Below, piece by piece: positions 53,328-64,000 of a DNA stretch of 64,000 nt (within the stretch, counting starts at the first letter, position 1; each line of letters opens with the position of its first letter). The stretch is from Trichoplax adhaerens (lineage: Eukaryota; Animalia; Placozoa): positions 3,588,980 through 3,652,979 of the forward strand of contig NW_002060947.1 of NCBI RefSeq assembly GCF_000150275.1, read 5' to 3'. The notes under the pieces were generated by a model. The model ran no database searches. It was given only the letters and a program-made list of their open reading frames with translations, and was not told the origin of the DNA. The position numbers were made by a program, and so were the translations under genes.

Positions 53328-54533
53328 GCTACTGCCGGGTCCGAATATTTTTCAAGTTACTTTACGTATTAGCACTTATCTAATGCAAGAAAAAGTACAA
53401 ACTATTTTACCTAATGTATAATATACCGCATGGTTATGAAACGTGTGTGACTGAACCTTATCATGCATACCTATATAATTCGCATAATTTAAACGAGAAA
53501 GATTTGATATTGAGGGTGTAAATCTGTATTTGTGCAAAAATCTGAGTTTTTGAAAATTCTTTACGCTGGATTCATTATGATTCGAGTATTACACAATTTT
53601 TAAAGCGTATTTATCGACCCATCTCATCGTTTATTGTCTATAAGTAATTCCAACTTACAGGCATCAGTCAACCATAATTTTATTACGAGTGAAACACTAC
53701 TTTTCCTATAAATTTTTAAATACCGATTGATTTTCAGAATAGCTATTGTAGAATACTCGTTTTGAAAGACCCACAGTTTGAGTTCGCAAACACTGTAGAC
53801 ATGTTGTTTTAATCACTACTAATCCTAGAAGCTGACGCATATTATACGTATAATTGTGCCCTACATACACTACGTTAATTTTCGAATTTTGATATAAATT
53901 GCTATCATGAAAGATCTTTGTCGTCATCTCGAGTTACAGTTGGTTCAGATAGCAAATTCACGAAGTGCTATTTTGCATTTACTTTCTCCAACAAGCATAT
54001 CGGTTTATCAATTACATAAATCTCTTAAAATTTTTGACGCACTACATTCACTATATCGTGCTACAGTCAAATTGAATATTCCCCTAGTGTGTTCGATTTT
54101 GGTTGTAATATATCCTAAATAGGTGTTTAAAATTCAGTATTTTAGGTAAAGATATTTATAAATTCGCTTGTGCATTTGGTGAAGCATAGGCTGCTGTGAG
54201 CTTCACGAAATAAATCCTCCATGCTAAATGTGTACGTAATTCTTGTACATTTCTGAATATTTCTAAGAATGGAATTACGTGACAAGTATGAGTAAAATCT
54301 TCGGTTTGACTATACGAGTATACTATTCTTATGGGTAAAGCATACTAGAACACGCAGTATGTTCATAATATCAATTCCTCATAAGTAACTGAATTCTACC
54401 GTATTTAAGGGACTTACATGTACACATGCTTATAAGCAAGTGTTATGTAATCGTAGTGAACGTCCCAATCGGTAGCCAACAAACGAACCAGTAACGGTGC
54501 GATCAGATATGAATAATGTTCATGACAGTAAAT

Positions 54534-54900
54534 ACGGTACAGTACTACTGCATACTGTACACTGTACAGTGTACTGTACATGTATGTACTGTATACTGTC
54601 GCTCTTTCTTTCATTTGTAACCTGGATTATACTTACAGTAGATCATCAAGGTATTGAACCGAACTCAGGTCTGACCTGGAAACACTAAGTAAAAATCGCT
54701 AGGTTCTACAGTACATACGGTACAGTACAAAGTACTGTGTGTCAGAAGTCTTTCTGTACACAGTACTGTACTGTACAGTACAATGCTGCACAGTACAGTA
54801 CAGTACTGTACTGTAGCACTCAGCAAAACCGTAGTACTGTACAGTACTGTGTACTGTACTGTACAGTAAAGGGAATTGGAAGGGAAATACGGTACAGTAC
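54534..54900. repeat. TACAG/CTGTA arrays upstream of RPL24
   Basis: Clusters at 54534-54600 and 54707-54900, e.g. cagtactgtactgtacagtac and cagtacagtacagtactgtactgtag. Confidence 0.88.
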
Positions 54901-54974
54901 CAGATACCGTAAGTCTCTGGTCATCGTAGTTCATACGTCTGATGTCTTAAATACTTCTACGCATGTGTAAAGAG

Positions 54975-55007
54975 TTCTCTTCATCGTGGTTAGAGACGGC
55001 CATTTTG
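54975..55007 (+). promoter_or_regulatory. TCT/5'TOP-like pyrimidine initiator plus YY1-type site of RPL24
   Basis: TTCTCTTC at 54975-54982 and CGGCCATTTTG at 54997-55007, just before the ATG; a typical ribosomal-protein promoter layout. Confidence 0.55.
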
Positions 55008-55020
55008 TGAACTTGGAAAG

Positions 55021-56492
55021 ATGAAGTAAGTATCCCGCGTTAATCCTCGGGGTAACATGACATTTTTATGGCATCTTTTAATCCTTCATTATTAGTAAAC
55101 TTGGATAACTCTTATTGTCTTCATTTTAGGCTCGAATTGTGTAATTACAGTGGTTATAAGATTTATCCTGGTCACGGTAAGAGATACTGCCGTGTCGATG
55201 GTAAGGTAAGCCTTGACCAAAACCTTGGTATAGTATCACAATAAATTCAGCTATTCAAGCAGAGAGTAGTATCATCTTGATGCTATGACTAAAATTTCTA
55301 ACGCCAATGCTGTAGATATAAAATGAACTGATCAAATCTTTGAATTGATCGTATCGCAGACCTTCAATTTTTTAAATGGAAAATGCGAGGCTTCTCATCT
55401 TATGCGTCGTAATCCCCGAAAAATATCATGGACGGTAGTATACCGTCGCAAGCACAAAAAGGGAAAGGTTGAAGAAACTTCCAAAAAGAGAACCAGGCGT
55501 ACAACCAAATTTCAGCGTGCTATCCAAGGTGCTACTCTAGAAAATATTATGGCAAAAAGAAATCAAAAGCCAGAAGTCCGTAAAGCGCAGAGAGAGCAAG
55601 CAATAAGGTTTATTATACATACAATACATAATAGCTTTGATGATGTTATTTCGAAGTTCAGTACAGTATATCATAATAAAAAGTTTTTTACGCTACTATA
55701 CTTGTATAGCGACTTCTCTTCGTAAAGTATGGTTGGTTTAGTTTCCACCATTATATTGCACTGTACTCTATATACTAATCACCAGCATTGGTCATGTTAA
55801 CAAATTATCGATCAAACCACTATACCATACAATTACTCATCGCATTTTCCTTATTCTTTAACAACGAATATTGTACCATTAACATAATGTCGAGTGACTT
55901 GTAATTTAAACAAATTATTATTAGTCCTAGTTCACAGTTTGCAGTGTGATAGGTTAAGGAGTGACATTCATCTTAATTCATTATATAACAGAGCTGCCAA
56001 AGAGAAACAAAAGGGCAAGAAGCAAACACAGAAGGTAATTTTTACATATGAATAAATCTTGTCTTGTTTTGCGTAAGAAACTTCCTAAAATACAGTTCAT
56101 GCGTCGAAGAAAATCTGGAATTGCTAATTCCTTCCATTACTATACATAATATACGGGATTAACCGTAACTTATATATACTGTATTCAGTCATAAACTGGG
56201 AAAGGAGAGGCGGCTAGTTGTCTATGATTTTGTCTACAATGTTACAGTATAGTGAATGTTCCTTTTGATAATATGTATTGTAATTGAAGAGTCGAATCTA
56301 GGGGTACTTACTTAGAAGATTTCAAGTTAGCCAACTAAATAATGTTGTATCTGCTGTATCATGTGTCGATATTTAAATAACCAAATCATGTACTAATTGA
56401 TTTAATTATAGACACAAACTACAAAACAATCCAAGAGCAAAGCTACCAAGGTTGTAAAAGGTAGTGCCCCGAAAGTTGGTGTCAGACGATAA
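55021..56492 (+). CDS. RPL24: 60S ribosomal protein L24 (eL24), 5 exons
   Basis: [62 protein letters not shown]...[23 protein letters not shown]...APKVGVRR*. Confidence 0.97.
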
Positions 56493-57630
56493 TATTCGTT
56501 AATGTACCTTCTTGCATTTTGTAAATGGAAATAAATTTGGAGCGAATGTAAATGTTACTGGAGCCTGATTTTTGTGTGATGGGTTTAATTGTTCATGAAA
56601 TCCTCAGTTAATCATATCCCATTAAACTGTATTCTTGGTAATGTAGTTGTGAATGCAATTGCCACAGCTATTTTAAAATCTACTCATATGTACGTTAAAA
56701 CTCGCCGCTGTTGCTCTGTATGCATAGCTTTATCTTTGTGATCTCTTTTAGTATCATGTCAGTAAATCATTGCGTCGATTTAATGCATAGAATCCTACAC
56801 TTCATGAGACCGCTGTCGACAAATTTCTCGATTACTGCTACTGTCTGCTAGTTAAGAATTTAAATGTATCCATTGGCTCTCATTTATATGTTACTTTCTT
56901 TAGACTTAATTGATAATTACACTAGAATAGCCTAGATTTGGATATCGTAAGTTAAAGTCAAGGCAAAACTATTCTGATTTATACAACTTGACTGATACAC
57001 AACATGATCAAGTTATGATTTATGTTTGAATAGTTACAAGTAATGGTTTAACAAACAAGGTGTATGGAGCTAACATGTTTATCATAGGGATAGAATACTT
57101 AAGAATCCATAGTTACTCGCTCGCCGGTTCATTTAAAGCGCAAACAGAAATATATAGTTTATCCATTCTTTAAAACGATGGAAATTTGCAAAATCTTGCT
57201 GACCAGTTTATCACATTTTAACTAGTTAAAAATATCGTATGCGGTTATAAATTTACCTTAGCTATTGATACATTCGAGTATTGTAAAACGTGTTGGTGTG
57301 CGTTACCAAAAAAATTATGCGTACGAATTAGTATTTAGGACAGCACAATACAGTGTCTTACAATTATAACCCAAAAATTAAAATTACAATGAGGCTATAA
57401 TATGAAACTATTACACTGTAAACCTTTTACATTTGCACCTGTTATTCTCTCGGCACCGATATAACTGGATGATAATCACCGTTAATCAGTACATACATAT
57501 TTTACAAGTAGTACGTGTGTATTACTATATTTACGTATATATATTGTATTTACATTACATGATAAAAGTCATTGCTTTAAATTAAATATGAATATTCTAA
57601 CATTTAACTAATTAATGGTAGGGTCATATC

Positions 57631-59491
<1,861 letters not shown>

Positions 59492-59544
59492 TCAGCAAAG
59501 TTTATAAACACGAAGGCGTTGCAATGACTTTCGACATCGACTAA

Positions 59545-59700
59545 GTACTGTACATTGTAGTCATACTGTACGGTAAAGTACAGTACTGTAGTCTCATCGA
59601 TACAGTTACTGTACTGTACTCCCTCCACTAGAGACCCTCCATAGTACTGTACTGTACTGTAATACTACAGTGTGCAGTACTGTACTGTACTTTGACTATG
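59545..59700. repeat. TACAG/CTGTA array upstream of CCDC28
   Basis: gtactgtactgtactgtaatactacagtgtgcagtactgtactgtac and neighbouring units. Confidence 0.85.
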
Positions 59701-60314
59701 CTATACTGGACACTGCGTATAGTATCTGTGTGTGGGTATACACAAGTAACACCACTGTATCATGGACTATAGTACTAGAAGGCCTGGCCTGTATGGGCTG
59801 ATCACTTCTCTTGGACGGACAGACGTTTTAGGCACATCTCGTCAAAACATTGTGCCAAACACTGGAGTTATGGCAGTACAGTACTTTAGTATGCAGACGG
59901 TCGATTTTAAATTGAACGATGTTTTCTAAATTAAGTAATATTACATTAAGTCTTATTATCTGTTACAAGTTTTTGCTTGGAAACAGTTCTATAAAATCGT
60001 AGACGCTATTTAAATTAGTACCAGTGATTAGAAAACAAACATGGAAGATCTATACTGTACTAAAGTAGTCCTTTTTGGATATTTACGGCCTCATTTGATA
60101 AGAAAAGTCCGTCAGTCTGTAACGGCCAGCCTGACAACATCTAAATGAGTCTATACTGTCTATGGAATACTGAATGTAATTCATGATCTACGAGTATACT
60201 GTGATTGTAAAAGAAAACGTGTATGGAACATAATATTACAATATGATTTACTTGACATACAACTACTAGACTATTCTTCGCGCTAATTATAATATTCCCA
60301 TATAATATAAGCGT

Positions 60315-61195
60315 ACGAATATCTGAATCTTCTATCTCTGATCAATTACAATATACGCTCTTCACTTATTATAATGAATTCCTTGACTATTTTTTTATTG
60401 ATAAATCAGTTACTGATGATACCGTAGATAGATTTCACTTACTATAACTTCCGATTCTTCTTCGGTGAGACATTTGCTCTACAAAAACATCCACTGTAAT
60501 AACCTTTACGTAGCAATAAATTCACTGTAATCCAGTTTATACCTATAATACCATGAATAAAAATTTATCATCAACATTTGGATCTCTGTAGTACAGTATA
60601 TTGTATTATCATTACGCTGTCTCTCAAAATGACAAATCAAGTAAATCAGTCATTTATGGCTAAATCACGTACAAGCAGTAACAAAAATGTAGAAAAGACA
60701 GCAAAGTTAATTGATGAATTCAATCAATTTATCAAAATTAAATTGCAGTTGATTATGCATAAATAGTTAAATCCTAAGAATACCTTATTTTTTCTTAAAT
60801 GCCAATGCCAGCGGCTCGTGGTTTTGAAAACTTTCTTTCACTTTTTCTTTAGTAACAATGTCTAATAATAATAATTGTAACGTCATCGTATGATCTTGTA
60901 GCTATATTATTGACTTTCCAGTAATCGAAAATTTCAATTCTACGTCCTAAAAAAATACAGTAACAATCTAACAGTCACGTCAGCCTGACAATACTACTGT
61001 ACTTATAAACCCTAGATATAAAAAGAAAGGAATAATTTCTAGAAACCCCTTGTTTCTCTTTTACTCAATATTGATAAAGTAATAATACTTTGTAGTACAA
61101 GTAATAATGACACCATATTACACGCGTAAAACTATAGACCTATACATCACCTACAGCCATAAACTTTGCTCGTGAGCATATCTTGTAATAATACT
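60315..61195 (-). pseudogene. Possible decayed multi-exon gene with death-fold (DEATH/CARD)-like pattern
   Basis: Exon-like pieces bounded by AG/GT: IITRYAHEQSLWL* / DVELKIFDYWKVNNIATRSYDDV (frameshift) LLDIVTKEKVKESFQNHEPLALAFKKK / RDPNVDDKFLFMVL* / SKCLTEEESEVI / SEERIL*LIRDRRFRY. Stops and frameshifts are present; the domain guess is by eye. Confidence 0.3.
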
Positions 61196-62539
61196 AAAAT
61201 TTCAACGAAACAGACTGTAAAATAAAAAAAACAGTTCACCTCGGTAAATGTAACGTTCATAGATACACAGCTAAGAATCAGAAAAAAGCAATAATTACCG
61301 CTTCCTGGGTAGAATGTTTTTACTCGCATCATTTTAATAATATTTTATATTATGTACTGTATTAAGTGTATACTGTATTCTACAGTACATTTATAGGAAT
61401 GTGTCATTATGTATTTAATCAGTACTAGTCATTTATTACATGTTTCTACAGTACAATTAATACGATTACTTATGCGATTGTACGATAATTCAATATTAGC
61501 TAAATATAATATCCTACAAACTTACAATCGTTACACAGCAGTATTCAAGTATTACGACAACAGTGCATTACGCAAAGTATCACGAGCAAGGGCATTCTAC
61601 TGATTTAAAATAATAATCCCTATTGATTATTCATGATGCGGGTTACATGTATTATTTTTTACAATCTGTGCTTGGCCTAATTTACACAAATATAGATATA
61701 TGGACATAACTTCATATATTAATATTCACTTATAATTCCTAATTCTATATTATAACTAGAGTATTACTATATTTATTAATTTATCCACTGTTCTACAATC
61801 CTGCTAGATAGAGATAAGAGAGGTCATTTGATAACTTTAAAACACGATTCATAATGTACTTTATTGTTTTTTCGGTCATAGGGATATAAGATAGCCATAT
61901 AAATTTGTAAATAATCACAACGCTGCCAAATACATACGATATTACCGCTGTTAATATGTACTCTTACAATTGCTTACATCTAAAACTTTTATATCACCGG
62001 CCTATATATTAAAATTACCATTTTGTAGTATCTTCTTTTAGTATGTCAAAAAATTTTACTTTTACAATTTCTATTATAATTAAAGTGTACAAAACATTTT
62101 TACTTCTAATTACTGATCAATATCTAATAGCAAAGATACTTATTTCAGTTGCAACTTATTAATAACAGTTTTTCAAAGGTCTAAATGTTTATTAATACAG
62201 TATAACAACGGTATACATGAAATATATTTTATTTTATGCCTCGATGATGAAATCTATAGTATTAATTTCTTACATTAATAGGTGTTTGAGACTAGAAGAA
62301 TGATAGCGAGCAATTAATCAAATATATGGCAACAGTAGTAAATTCTAGATGTGAAAGCCGAGTTATCTATGTAAAATATGCTTAAGCTCATACTGATTAA
62401 AAATTGATATTGCAAAGTTTACTCACGTTGAAACCACGCCTATAATTAACATTTTGTATAAGAACACGAGCGGATATCCATTAAATAAGTAATAATTAAT
62501 TCCTGGAGTAACCCTTTCGATGAGAGTTTATATTTTACA

Positions 62540-63850
62540 GACTGAAGAGCACAACAAGTGATGAGAATTCCAATCATGCTTGAAATCCTATAAACCTATA
62601 TGTCCAATACTCAGTGTGAAAGCAAAATAAGAATGGCTTAGCTAAAGAGTAAGAATCTATTTCTGTAAGTTAACTCTAATACCGTGTCAAGATTTACAGG
62701 ATTGAAAAATAAAACGAAAAATGATTGACGATAATATTTAATCAACTAAGCTATCTGTATTAAACAATTAAAACCTAGGCTAATAATGATTTTACGTATA
62801 ATATATCTTATACTATAGTTAATTCCCATTGATTGAACTAAAATCAATGAAAGTTTACTATATAAGGATCAGCATCAGTAAATACTTTATTAGAGATATA
62901 AGCTACCAGTACCATTCTTCTATCACGGTGCTTCATCGATAATTTGGAATGAACAAACAAGATTAATCTATGGGATTAACAAAAATGCAAAACCAGTTTG
63001 TTTCTGGATATTATTGGCTAGAATTTTGTTCATTTAATCGGAAATGCAAAAAATTTATCTATTCAAAGTATTTACCATAGCCCCTATGAGTACGAAAATC
63101 TTAATATCGCTACCAATTTCATACAAATCTATCCCGTTAGTGACAATTAAACTGTTATAAAGATGAAACTTGCGTGGTAAGTAACGAAAGATAAAAGAAT
63201 TCAAAATTTGAAACTACAAATGAAATAGAAGCAAATTAAATCGCATTCCTAATATCAACTTCAAAAAAAAATGCCTCAATGCTATCCTATAGTGCATACG
63301 AGTATGGTATATTAATTGAACCTATCTTATTTAAATCATTTCTTGCTTTATTTTTAACTCATTCTAGCCCAGCATATAAAACTATATGCCATTAAATTGA
63401 TAATATGGAATACTGTAGATGATGTATTTCTTACTGATCAGCAAGATTCAATTACTAGAAATCATAAAAAGAAAGTGTTCGGAAGGATCGTTGATCAATT
63501 CTATTAAAACTTTCACATAAAATGATCATAAAAAAGCATAAAATTTTCTGTTATGATTAAATTAAGTTATTAATTATTTTTAGACATTGCTCTTATGGTA
63601 TTGATACATAAGCTTAATTGACAAAAAAATACTATTTTTAAAAGTCATCGGTAACAAACTTTCTTTTATTCTATAGATAAGAAAGACATTTAAACCTCTT
63701 CAAGATCTACTTGCATACAGAAAGTATTTAAGGCTTAAAGTTTTCCATAATGATGGAATCAATAGATCTTATCAATTTTTTAAATAATGCCAAGAAAATA
63801 TTCTAGAACCTTAGTCGAATTAAACAATAGTAACTTTTAAAATTTAAATG
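62540..63850 (+). pseudogene. Possible decayed multi-exon gene remnant
   Basis: Exon-like blocks with acceptors and GTAAG donors (62541-62648, about 62895-63176, about 63419-63510, about 63677-63849) that read as protein-like frames broken by several stops. Confidence 0.25.
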
Positions 63851-64000
63851 TAAGTATAGATGTTTTTCCTACCTATTAGTTGGATTCTGCGTCTCATTAA
63901 TTGAATATCTAGCTAGTACATCAATCAATATATAATAGTAAAGGTAATAAACGTTATTAAACTCTTTTGGTTATAAGGAAATAAAAAAATATCAAGAATA

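Noticed and set aside
1321-54660. Recurrent GGTTCAA (B-box-like) heptamers as a general promoter motif
   Set aside because: A rough composition estimate predicts several chance copies in 64 kb, and copies also occur in coding exons and introns.
54534-54900. TACAG arrays as a CRISPR array or bacterial repeat
   Set aside because: No fixed-length repeat-spacer structure, no cas genes, and a eukaryotic intron-rich context.

Overview
Eukaryotic, AT-rich, gene-dense animal DNA with many short GT-AG introns. The compactness and gene content suggest an early-branching metazoan, probably a placozoan (Trichoplax-like); this is inference. Spliced gene models rebuilt by eye, in order: SRA1 (+), CHM/Rab escort protein (-), NUP98-NUP96 (+), tRNA-Leu(CAG) (+), ST13/Hip (-), SH3D19-like 5xSH3 adaptor (+), a two-exon secreted Tyr-rich prepropeptide with repeated G-K-K amidation/cleavage sites (YYamide-type, +), ashwin/C2orf49 (-), myosin VI (+), RPL24 (+) and CCDC28 (-). 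There are also decayed exon-like remnants near 22.6 kb and 60-64 kb. The strongest unexplained signal is a palindromic TACAG/CTGTA repeat array found upstream of all nine conserved protein genes (six of them in three head-to-head pairs) and of the tRNA, but not upstream of the peptide gene. Other points of note: six symmetric GGFPGA micro-exons in ST13, partly built by tandem intron+exon duplication; a 50-bp direct repeat in the ashwin/MYO6 promoter; two GC-rich hairpins; and probable ancient linkage of MYO6, RPL24, CHM, CCDC28 and ashwin. Most short ORFs in the supplied track are exon fragments or artefacts. All homology calls are from recognised motifs, not database searches.
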